Positions 1-12,000 of a stretch of DNA of 38,053 nt are shown here, in pieces. Source of the DNA: Gammaproteobacteria bacterium GWE2_42_36 (lineage in GTDB: Bacteria > Pseudomonadota > Gammaproteobacteria > UBA12402); contig MGXH01000080.1 of the NCBI GenBank assembly GCA_001801305.1, forward strand, positions 1 to 38,053. The letters run 5' to 3'. The notes beneath the pieces are model-generated. The model made no database searches, was not told where the DNA came from, and saw only the letters and a list, made by a program, of their open reading frames with translations. The stretch's first letter is position 1, and each line of letters opens with the position of its first letter. The position numbers and the translations under genes are program-made.

Positions 1-3000
1 GCTTGAAGGATCGGTTGCTGCAGTGGGAGTTCCATTAGCGACAATGTCTTTGCATTCGGGATTACTGGTTGCTTGTTTTAATGATAAAGAGACGCCCGTG
101 ATTTGAGCATCCTGAATTGTCGGTAATGTTTTGAATGTCGCGGCTGTATCGGTTGTATCGCCAGCACAGGTTGTTCCCAGTTTTGTGTCGGCGGAAATCG
201 CTTCGCCAATGATGAAAACAGGGGGTGTTGCGATTGTTTGCACTATGGGACGGCTACCAATTTTAACTATCCAATTTTGCGTTTGTGTTTGAGCGTCATC
301 ATCTTTGACGGTGAGGATGATGTTATCACCGGCAGTTATTGAAATCGGTGTACCAGAAAGGATGACGTCGTAATGGTTCGCTGTAGTTTGCTGAATGGTA
401 GAGAGTAAACCATGTAAATCACCTGATAATGTGATTTGTTTTTGCGGATCAGCGAAAGAGCCTGTGACTGAAGCGATCGTATACGATGGATTTTCTTCAT
501 GCACGATGAAAGTATGCGTATCTTTCATTTGAATATCGGGTACAGCATCGACATTACCGGAAGACGCATCAGGCGCTGTAATTTGACCGGCATTTGTAGA
601 GATTTTAGATATCACTAACGGTGTTGCTTTAAATGAAGCAGGTGTTCCAGAAATCGTGATTGTCGCTAAATGTTGTTCGTCGTCGTAATTAATTTGACTT
701 ATCAGCCCGTGCAAATCAGTGGGATTTAAGGCGAGCGTATGATCGAGTGCAAATCCTTGACCGTCGATGGTAGCAATCGTTTGATCAGCAACCGGCACAC
801 CAGCCGTTAGATGTAAATCCGTCGGCGTGACAACCGGTCGATTGGCAATGATTAATTTCCAATTTACGTCTGCTGCTGACTGTTGATATTTATCTTTAGC
901 ACTAATCGTTACTATTTCGCCGGATGGATCGGTTGTTGAAGTAGCTGAGCCTGATAAAGTAACTGCATAAGTTGAAGCGGAATTCGAAACAGGCGAAATT
1001 GTCATTGTCAATCCGTGTAAATCACCGATTGTTTTTATTTCATTTTGTGGATCATCGAACATGCCTTGAACCGTTGCGATTTGGAATGAATCCGTTTTAC
1101 CCGTGACGAAGACGGGGGAACCAGTAGAAGGCGTGATTGCAGGTGCAGCAGGGTTGTTTACAGAGAATTCTCCTGAAGATTGATTCGTGATCGACAATCC
1201 GAGATTGTTCGTCGCAGAAATGTTAAGTGTTTGCGGCGCAGTTGTTATTGTAGTGGGTGTGCCGTTTAATATGATTGAAGCGGATGTGGGCGTGCAATTG
1301 ACTGCCGCAGTTAATCCATCGATGCTGGGTTTTGAAATGATGATTGGCGTCGATGAGCAATCGAATGCGCCACTACCAGGCAGGACAGTGGCGATCTCGA
1401 CATTATCAATCGACTTATCAATCGTAAATGTTTGTGCAGTCGAAGCGGTAACAGTGGGTTTATTCCCAATCGTCAAAGTATAAATCGCGAATGCTTGATT
1501 ATCGGGATAAAGTGTTGAGATACCTTTATTATTCGTAGCGCTGATTCGAACCGTGACCGTGCCGACGGGGGCAGTCGCTGAGAGGGTTCCCATCAGTTGA
1601 TTGTTTTGAATGCTTAATCCATAGGGGTTTCCAGTAATCAAGTGCCCCTGTGCATCGATAAAGCTGAGATTATCATTCGTAAATGACGGCGGTCCTGCGT
1701 CGATGGGCGAGCTAAAATGTTGATCTAAATCACCAATGGGGGTGAAAGTTGATCCGGGGGCAAATGTGCCCGAGCCTAAGTTACGTTGTTGATCGGTGGT
1801 GATTAACGGAGGGCCGGTAATTTTGAATGTACCTGTCGTGCCGGATATAGAAGCGCCATTACTGCTTCGAACATTCGATAACACCAATGAGGCTGTTGAA
1901 AAAGTCGGTGCCGTGGGTGCCGTGGTTAAGGTGACGTAGGCCCTATGTGTTGGATCGTGGGCGTCGAGTGTCAATTGCGGCGTTAAGCCGTCCGTTGTTC
2001 CAGTAATAGTCGCTTGAGAGAGATCGAGCGTGCCATTATAGGCTTCAATTGTTGCAATGGTATTATTGCCCGGCGTAGGGGTTTGTCCGATTTGTAAATC
2101 GTTTTGTAAATCAGTGGTCGTTATCGAAATGGCAGGAGCAATAGTAATATTTAACGTATTGTGAGAAGGATTAAGCGGATTGATATTGTTGATGGCCTGC
2201 AACGAGATTGTTTTTGTTCCAGAGGTCATAGTCGCAGGCACTGTGATATTGAATTGTGATACATTGCTCGGGTTGTTTTGAATGATGATGCCATCGGTTG
2301 TGCTCAGAGAGTTGAATGAAAGATCACCGCTATTCGTTGGGTTTTTAAAATAAAGCGATTTATCAAGAGAGATTGTTTCTCCTTGATAAAGTGTTTGAGC
2401 CGGTGGATTGACCACGGGTTGTGGTGCGCCTTCGATATTGAGCGTCCATGTTGCATCAGGAGCGGTTTTATCATAGCTGTTTTTAATACCGGAAATCCTC
2501 ACGTTAATCGGCGTATAGGTGGGTTCATTCGGTATTCCAGAAATCGTAATCGTTGCATGCGTGGTTGATATAGAGTGAATTTGTGCGTTTAGGTTATTAC
2601 CGATAGCGATATCTGTATCGGGCGTAGTTGAGCCATTGACCGCAATCGTTTGCTGCAAAGTTCCCTCATTAGCTTGAATATCGGCGATTTTAAATGTCTC
2701 AGTTTGCTGATAGAGAAAATCATGTGTGTATGTTTGAATGTCGGGACTTTGAGCGTCAGTGACCGTTAATAGGTAAATCGCTGCATCGGCGGATGTGCCT
2801 TGTGCATTGGTTGCGGTAATCCATACATTATAAACACCGGCTTCAACCGTGGGCGCGATGGTTCCAGCAAGCTGATATTGGCCATTATTTGGCTGAATGA
2901 CCAATCCAAAATGAGAAGATAAATCAGTGGTCGACCCTTGTTTATAAAGGCGCAAATTGTTTTTTGTGGTAAAGGTTAAATCGCCACCTTGGACTGGATT

Positions 3001-6000
3001 CAAGAAATTCGCGGCCAAATCATGCGTTGCGGCATTGCCGATAAAAGCATCACCGGGATGTGCATTGCTGGTGCCGAGATTCACTTTGCCGGTATCCACA
3101 AACGGGGCGCCAGCGATTTGTAGAGTGAAATTTTGTGGGTCAGCGCTTTCATGATAACTATTTTTTAGTCCGGCGATAGTCAGTGTTTCCGAAGCGATGG
3201 TTGGATTGATGAGTGCTTGCGATGAGCTTAAATATAAATATTTTTCTTGCGTTGTTCCTTCGGAGGCGGGAATGCTGGCAATGAGTTGATGACTATTATT
3301 CTGATTCCAATCATTGAGAGACAAGCCATTGATGGTGATAGCACTCGTGTCCAAGGTGCCATCCGTTGTGTTTAAAATAGCTATTTTTCTTGCTGAAAGC
3401 GTTTGTCCTGCCATGAAATAATTTGGTGTGATGGGTTGCAGCTGAACGGTTGGTTTAGTGACGGCAGTAATGGTTAATTGATAATGGGCACAATCATTCG
3501 GTGATGCCGATGTCCCTTCGGCATTCACTGCGCAGATGAAAATGGTTTGGGGCGTTGTGCTGATCGGTGCTGTATTGCTGATTGCACCACTTAACGTATA
3601 GGTGCCAAGTGACGCATTCGGCGTTAAGGTTAAACCGTACGTGCTCGAAACGTCAGAGATTTGATCGGCGGATAAATTCAGCGTCGTTATAGCGCCGCTC
3701 TTAGTTGGATTATGAAAGAGTGTTGCCGTATTTAGCGTGATTGGTGTAACTGAATCCCCTGGATGCAAGGTCGCGCTGCCTACATTTTGTTGAGCCGGAT
3801 CGACATAAGGGTTGCCCGCAATATTCAGTTTGAATATGGCATCTTCGGCTTGTGCGCCAAGGGAATTAGTAATGCCGTGAATGGTTAATGATTCTTCGGT
3901 TAAGGTCGGGGATGTGATAGCACCGACAAATTGTAGGTGTCCAGTGGTGGGATTGCCGGGATCATCCCCTATAAATTCAGCGTGTAGGCCATGCGCATTC
4001 CAATGACTGAGGGCGATATTGTTAATCGTGATTTGATCAGGGTTTTTAATTACGCCATCATTCGCTTGGATATTTGCGATGGTGTAGTGAATGGTTGCTC
4101 CGTTATCGAAATGATCATTAGGGTTGATCGTGATATTCGGTAAATTGATCGCACGAATGTTGAAATGATAATGTGCCGATTCGGTAGGATCTGAAAACGC
4201 GATATCATTTTTTGCTTGGACGACAAACATATGGCTTCCCGTGGTTGTTGGGGCATTCGTTTTAATCGTGCCCACAAGATTGCCGTTGCTGTCTGCAAAA
4301 ATCCCATAGGTATTTTGAACATAAGTAGGATCAGTGCTAACGGCTGGCTCTGTCACTTGAAATTGATCGATGTGAATAGCACCACTTTGTGTCGGATTGC
4401 TAAAATGATCAGCGAGCTGATTCACAGCGTTAAATGATTGTCCCGGCGTATACGTGATATCTTCGCCGCCTAAATCAGCGGTAGAGCTATTAATGACAGG
4501 AGCGCCTCGAATCGTTAGAGGGATAATGAGTGGGGTGGTTTGAGTTTTACCCGCCACATTGGTAGCCCCGGTGAACGTGATGGTTTCCGATTGAAACGTC
4601 GATGTCGTGGGTGTTCCTTCGAGAAAAACAGTGGCTTCAGTCGGATGGGTTGGATCATTGGGTTTCAAGAGGGTGGTTAAGCCATGTCCTGTCCACTGTA
4701 AAACGGGGATGCCGTTCATTTTGATGGAATCAAGAATGATCGGACTATCGATTGATTGGATGGTCGCGATGGCGATACTGTTTTCTTGGCCGCGCGAAAA
4801 AATAGCTTTATCGAGAGGAGAATCGCCAGGCGTTTCTATGGTTTGTACGGTTAATTGATAAGTAGCAAAAGTGGTCGACCAACCGAGTGCATTATGGGCG
4901 ATAATTTTTAAAGTGACTCCCGGTGTAGCTGTCGATGGCGCGTCGAGCGGAATCTGCCCCCATAAATTGCCATTCGCATCGAGCGTTAAATGATAAGTGG
5001 TCGCCAGCGATTGCGTATCCGCGCTAAAGCTAAATTGATCAATCGGCCCGCTTTTTATCGGATTTTTAAAATGTGCTCCAAGGCCTATGATCGTTGTTAA
5101 TGCTTGGCCTTGTTTTAATGTCCCCGCACCTAAGCTGGATTGAGCAGGGTCAACCTGTGGGATATCGGCGACATTCAATGAGAAAAGCGCTGCATTGCTT
5201 TGTGATTCACCATAACTATTTTTGATACCCGTAATGGTTAATGTATCGGGTTGTGCATAAGTAGCTTGCGTGATTTGAGTGGCGGATAGAGCGAGTGTTG
5301 CCGCGGTATGATCATTGTTCGGCGTATAGGTTAAAGTCAACCCATGCGGCGCATTTTGATTCCAAATATCCAGGGATTGCCCATTGATTTGCATCGCGCT
5401 GGTATCCAAAGTGCCTTCGCCGGCATAAATCGTGGCAATGATGGTTGAAGATAAGGGTTGACCGACGGTCAGATGATCGATCGGTTGAATGATCAGATTG
5501 GGATTGTCGGCATTGTTGATGGTGAGATGATAAATCGCGCAATTTTTCGCAATGCCGATCGTGTTTTCAGCGCAGATTTGAATGCGATGATGATCAATAT
5601 AAGGGGCGCCTTGTGCAATGGTTCCCGAAAGATTGCCATCATCCGCTGACAATCCATATGTTGCTTTTACATCGGTCGATGGCGAATCCAAATCGGTGAG
5701 GTGAAAATTCGTTTTGATAGGGCCACTTCCTGTGGGGTTATCAAAATAGGAGGCTAAATTTTGAATCGGTGTAAACGCATCAGTTGGATGATAATAGGTA
5801 CTGGCGCCACCTAAATCAGCATAGGTAGATTTGACGTTAGGAGTTGATGCAATATAAAACGTAAACAATCGATCAACAGCCGTTTGATGATAAGAATTCG
5901 AGATACCTGTTAAATTGATTTGCCCGAATGCAGTTAGATAAGTCGGTGTGGTTAACGCGCTATTTGAAGTTAATAGAATTTGTGCATGCTGAAGTGTAAT

Positions 6001-9000
6001 GTTTTCAATCGATGCGGTGAGACCATAAGGATTTTGTGCATTCCAGTTCGTTATCGACAAACCACTTAATTGTAGCGTGCTAGATAGATCGGTTAAAACA
6101 CCATTATTCGCATAAATATCCGCCATGACATAATGGCTAATTATTTGTCCGGTTTTAAAATTCGGTGGTGTTGCGGTGGCATCATGGTTGATAACGGAGG
6201 GTAACTGTGGCGCGCCAATATTCAAATGATAAACAGCATAGGAAGTCGAGATGCCCTTGTTATTGACGGCAAAAACCTGGATCAATCGATTGGTCAGTGG
6301 CTGTAGATCCGCTGGAATATTGCCCACAAGATGGCCTTCGGCATCCACCGATAAACCGTAGGTTTGAGTTACATTCAGGGTGGGATCTTTTGCATCTTTT
6401 AAGAGGTAGCCGCTAATGGGTCCACTTATTGATGGCAGTGGATTATCAAAATGCGTGCTCACGTCGATCGATGTAAACGGGTCTGTGGGTAAATAGGTAG
6501 TATCTTCGCCACCCAAATCTGGTGAAGTGTTCACTTGCGGAGGGCCAGCAATTTTTAATAAAAATGTTTGCGGGGTTGCGATGTCGCCGTAAGTGTTTTT
6601 AAACCCGCTGATGGTTAGGCCGACTTCGGATAAAGTGACTGTCGATAAATTATTGCTTGTGAGCTGTAAAGTCGCGTTCGTATAGCCATTGAGAGGAGTT
6701 GATAAGAGATTTTGAAACAATGGTTTAACGCGGCTCGTGTTAGCTGATTGTCCCCATAGGATCGATGCGGTGAGATGATAAGGATTGCTGCTGTTCCATT
6801 CTGCTAAAGAAGCGCCATTAATTTGAATGGCGGCATTTTGATCGAGCGATCCATCGCCTGATGAAATAATCGCTGCATTATAATTCAAGGGCTGTCCCGC
6901 TTCAAAATGATCGACATCATGGATCTGGATCGTCGGAGGTATGGCGGCTCTAATTTGTAAATGATAAACGGCCGCATCGGTTGAAAGGCCGACGGCATTT
7001 CTAGCTTGCACCTGAATATCTGTTGTGCCAATCGGCGCTGTGTTTTTCAGCGTACCAGTTAATTCGCCTTGTCCATTCACCGATAAACCGAATTTATTTT
7101 CGACATCCTGTTTCCCATTTTCGCTTAAGACAAAGCTTGAGATATTGCCGCTATAATTCGGCATGGGATTGTTAAAGCGATCGGCCAGAGGACCAATAGG
7201 TGTTGAGGGTGAAAAAGGTTGACCTTGTCGATAAACGATATCTTGACCGCCTAAATCCGATGCGGCTGTTTTAACGAAAGGAGCGCCGGTGATGATGAGC
7301 GAATAAGTTTGCGGTGTTGTTTGGCTTTTGCCGAGTGTATTTTGAACGCCGCTGATGGTTAGCGTTTCTGGCGCTAAAGTGGGGTTTATTAGCGTATTCG
7401 ATTGTAGATTGATGTAAGCGGTTGTGGGATGCGTGTCATTGTCATATGTAATATTGGTTGTTAATCCATATTGTGTTTGCCAATGGGTTGAGGGTGAGGA
7501 AGAAACTTGAATGGAATTTTTTACTAATTCTCCATCTCCGGCAGTAATCGTTGCGATACGTTCGTTGATGTTACTTTGTCCTTGGGTGAACGCTGTGGTT
7601 GTGGGTGTGATTTGAATGCTTGGTATAGCGGTGGATTGAATGTTAAGCGCATAAGTGGCGTAGGTGTTGGATGTGCCGATATCATTAGCGACGTGTATTT
7701 GAATGATAGCGGGATGACCGGGTTGAGTGGCGGGGGCATTCGGTAAAATGACGCCTTGTAAATTTCCTTGATGATCGACCGATAGACCGTATGTCGCGCT
7801 TACGTCGATACCAGTTTCTCCATCAATCGACAATTTGAAAGTGGTTGGATCTGTTTTAATGTCGCCGCTTTTTGTGGGATTGTTAAATCGATTGTTTGCT
7901 CCGCTCGTTAAAACATTAACGGGAATGAACGGCGAGCCTTGTTTGTAAGTTATATTTTCGCCGCCTAAATTTTGATATGGCGGGTTGATGCTTGGCGGTG
8001 CGGCGATCGCTAATGTAAAACTTTGTGGCTGAGCTTGTACTTTTCCGTATGTGTTTTTAACGCCGCTGAGCGTGAGCATTGTATTATCGTTTGGAAAAGT
8101 CGGTTGTGCTCCAGCGTCATTGCTTTTTAATGTGATTGTCGCGAGGGTAGGATGATCATTATTATCGTAAGTGATCTCGGTGTGTACGCCATGGGCATCA
8201 TCTGTCCAGCTATTCGCCGGGATACCGTTAATTAACAGGGTATTTTTTTGTAATTCCCCATCGCCGGCTTTGATTGTCGCCAGCGTGTAATCGATGGCAT
8301 TACCCTGAATGAAATAATCATTTTGATTGATTGAAACGTGCGGGTCGTTGGTGGGGAGAATCGTTAAATTATAAGTAGCCGCAATCGTTGACTCGCCGAG
8401 TGCATTCGATGCGTAGATGTTAAGCGTCGTTGTTCCTATGGGCGCATTGCTTGGGATCATTCCGATTAAATTGCCATTGTCATCAATTGCGAGCCCGTCG
8501 CTTGTAGGCGCATCTAATCTAAAATGCGTGATCGGGCCGCTGTCGGTTGGGTTGTTAAAATACAATGCGAGATAGGTCATGGCAATAAATTCTTCGCCTT
8601 GTTTAAAACTGCCCGCGCCTAAATTATTTTTAACTGTCGGAATCCCGGCGACATTTAACGTAAAATGGGCAGGGCTAGATTGCGATAATCCATGGCTATT
8701 TTGTAATCCGGTGATTGATAAAATTTTTGGCGATAAGGTGGCATCGCTGACCTGATTGCTTTGTAATAATAATTCCGCTGACGTGGCATTGGTGTTTTGA
8801 AGGACAGCGTGCAAACCGTGTTCGCTCCAACTTTGATACGGCACGTTGTTAATTTGTAATTGGCTGACATCGAGATCGCCTTCGCCGGATTGCAGCGTCG
8901 CAATGGCTATTGGAGAAACGGATTTGCCTTCGACAAATGTTTGTGATGGCGCCGACGAAACGATTGTGTTCGGTGCGAGTGTTGCTGAAATCGTGAGCTG

Positions 9001-12000
9001 ATAAACAGCAGGCGAAGAAGATTGTCCGCTGCTATTGACTGCATAAACGTCGATGTCAATATGACCCATCGGTGCATTGGGTTTAATAGCACCAGTTAAA
9101 TTACCGTTAACAACTGATAACCCATATTTTTCTTCGACATCATGTTGGCCATTTTCTTCGAGAATGAAATTTGAAATCGTGCTGCTGCCGGAGGGATTAT
9201 TAAAATAACCCGCTAAATTCGAGAGGGTGTTGAAAGTGTCGCCAGGATGATAGGTAATGCTCGCGCCACCTAAATCTTCAGTATTAACAATGGGTATGCT
9301 ACCAATATTGAAATGAAAAATTTGTGAATCAGCGGATTGGCCATAAGAATTGATAATGCCAGTCATTTGAATGGCGGCAGTCGATAACGTGGGCAACGAT
9401 AAATGATCAGCAGAAGTCAATTGCAGCTCATCGTGTTGTGGCGAATCTTGTTTTATTGTGGCAATCAATCCATAAGGATTTTCGCTATTCCAAAGTGATA
9501 ACGGTTGGCCGTTCAGTCGAAGCGTTGTGTTTTGATTCGGTAATGTGCCGTTGGGATTTGACTCTTGAATGTCAGCCACGAGATAAGGCGATGCTATCGT
9601 TTGTCCGACTTGAAAGGGTGATGGTATGGTTGTCGCATCATGTGGTGTGACAACGGGTTTTTGCGCAGTGTTAATCGTTAACACATAAACGGCTGCATCG
9701 GATGAGGTGCCTTGTATATTGCTCGCTGTGATAAATAGGTTATACGTACCGGCTGAAACAGTGGGCGCAATCGCGCCAACAAGCTGATAGTGGCCGCTAT
9801 TTTGTTGAATGAATAATCCAAAACCAGAAGATAAATCAGTTGTGCTGCCTTGTTTATAAATGCGCAAATTGGCTGATGTGGGAAAAGTTAAATTGCCACT
9901 GTCGATGGGATTGAAAAAGTTTGCAGCTAAGTTTTGCGTGGCGATGTTGCCGGTAAAAGTATCAGCGGGATACGCGCTGCTCGTGCCCAAATTTACTTTG
10001 CTCGTATCAACAAATGGCGCGCCGGCGATGGATAAGGAAAATGCGGCGGGATTTGCCGTTTTTCCATAACTGTTAGTCACACCTGAAATTGTGAGCGGAA
10101 TGGAATTGAGCGTTGATTGCGTGATCGCAGTTGTGCCAGAAGAGGTGGTTAATACCACCTGTGCTGATGTGGGGTGATCGACATCAGCGCCAATATAGTT
10201 GACCTGCGTCATCAAACCGTATTTTGATAAATCAACGCCAGTAGGCGGATTTGCTTGAATGGTTTTTTGTAAGGTGCCATCCGTTGGATTGATATTTGCG
10301 ATCACGAGTTGATTAATACTATCACCGATGGAAAAGAAATTTTTCGGATAAATTGTAACTGTCGGCGCATCGGGTTGACTAAGGTGTAATAAATAACTAA
10401 CCGGTGTTGTTGAATTGCCGTATTGATTGCTTGCTGTTAGTTGTAAAGTGATTTCGGATAATTGGCTTGAATTTTTAATGCCAGGCGAAATAATGCTCAA
10501 GCCATCCGGCGCAATTTGAATGTCGTAGACATCGCTCACAGAAGCGGTCGGATCTTCTTTTACTTTTAAATGATACGTTAAGGGATTGCCGTAACTGGGA
10601 TTGCTAAAAGAAGCAGCAATTTTAGGAATGGTTAACGGATCACCTGTTTTGAAACTGCCTTCATCGATTACACTTTGGGGGATTGCGATCGGTGCGCCGG
10701 AAACATCGTAACTGATCGAAACAGGCTCGGCTGTTTCACCATAACTATTTTCAACATTTGAAATTTCTATCGACGCGGGTTGATTGTTAAATGTCGGCAC
10801 GGCTTGATCATTCGTCGATAAATGAATGCAAGCATCAAATCCCGTCGTACAATTTTTAGTGTTGACGGCTAACGATAAATGATTCGCCGGTGCAGCGTTC
10901 CATTGGTTGATCGTCATACCGTTGAATAAAATCGTATTTGTTTGCAGCGTGCCATCATTCGCTTTTAAATTAGCGATGATTTGATCTGAGCTCGTTCCTC
11001 GCGCGAAAGCGGGTGGTGTTAAGGTTGTTGTGTTGATCGTCGGCATGGTTGCTGCAGTCATAATTAACGTGTAATACGCCGATTGATCGATTGATGATTC
11101 ACCCAGAGCATTTTTTGCGCGGACATAAATTTTATAAGTACCGAGCCAGGATGATGGCGCCAGTGTGCCTGCTAATTGATTATTATTGCCTGTCAAAGCA
11201 AATAGTTGTGTTACGTTTGGTTCATCATTCGCAGGTGTTTGAAGCGATAATGAAAAATCAGTTTGTAAGTCGCCGCTCTTTGTTGGGTTTTTAAAGTGAG
11301 TTGAAAGCGGCGAAACGGTGTTAAAAAGATCGGTCGGGTGATAAGTGATATCTGCGCCGCCTAAATCTTGTTGATCATTGATGACTTCAGGTGTGCCGGC
11401 AATATATAAATCAAAAATATTATTGAGCGTAGGATCGGGTATTTGATGATGTGTTGTTTCAACATTGATTTTTAGTGTGTCGGGATTATTAAAGGTAGCG
11501 CTGGTGAATGTGCCATCCAGATATAAATCCGCCTGAGTGTTGTCGTTCGAATAGATAACTGAAGCCGATAATCCATGCCCAATGGGAGAGCCTGCAGTTG
11601 TGATGGGTATCGGCGCCGCTCCATTAATTGTCAGGGTTAATTGAGCGGGATTAATTTGATCTCCCTCTAATGCATCTGAATTAATCGTTGCGAAATTATA
11701 GTGCGATACGGTTGCCTGATTAATGTCGGTGAAATGATCGTTTTGGTGGATATGGATGATAGGTTGTGATCGGTCGATCACACTCAATACAATGTTAAAG
11801 GGCGTTGAGGATGGGCCAACATCATTGTACGCGATTAAATTAATGGGATAGGTTTTAACCGCAGCAGTGGGGGAAATGGACCCAGTGATTTGTGAGCCAT
11901 TGATTGTGACGCTGATGCCTTGATTTTGTAGATCAGCTTGGTTGCTGATCACCATATTATTCAAAGCGCCGCTGCCGGTCGAGTTGTTGAAAAAAGCGGA

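Noticed and set aside
1465-11780. Regular ~0.7-kb periodicity that might suggest a CRISPR or satellite array
   Set aside because: The period is far too long for a CRISPR array and the units are diverged. The whole region is in one reading frame encoding Ig-like domains, so this is intragenic protein-domain repetition.
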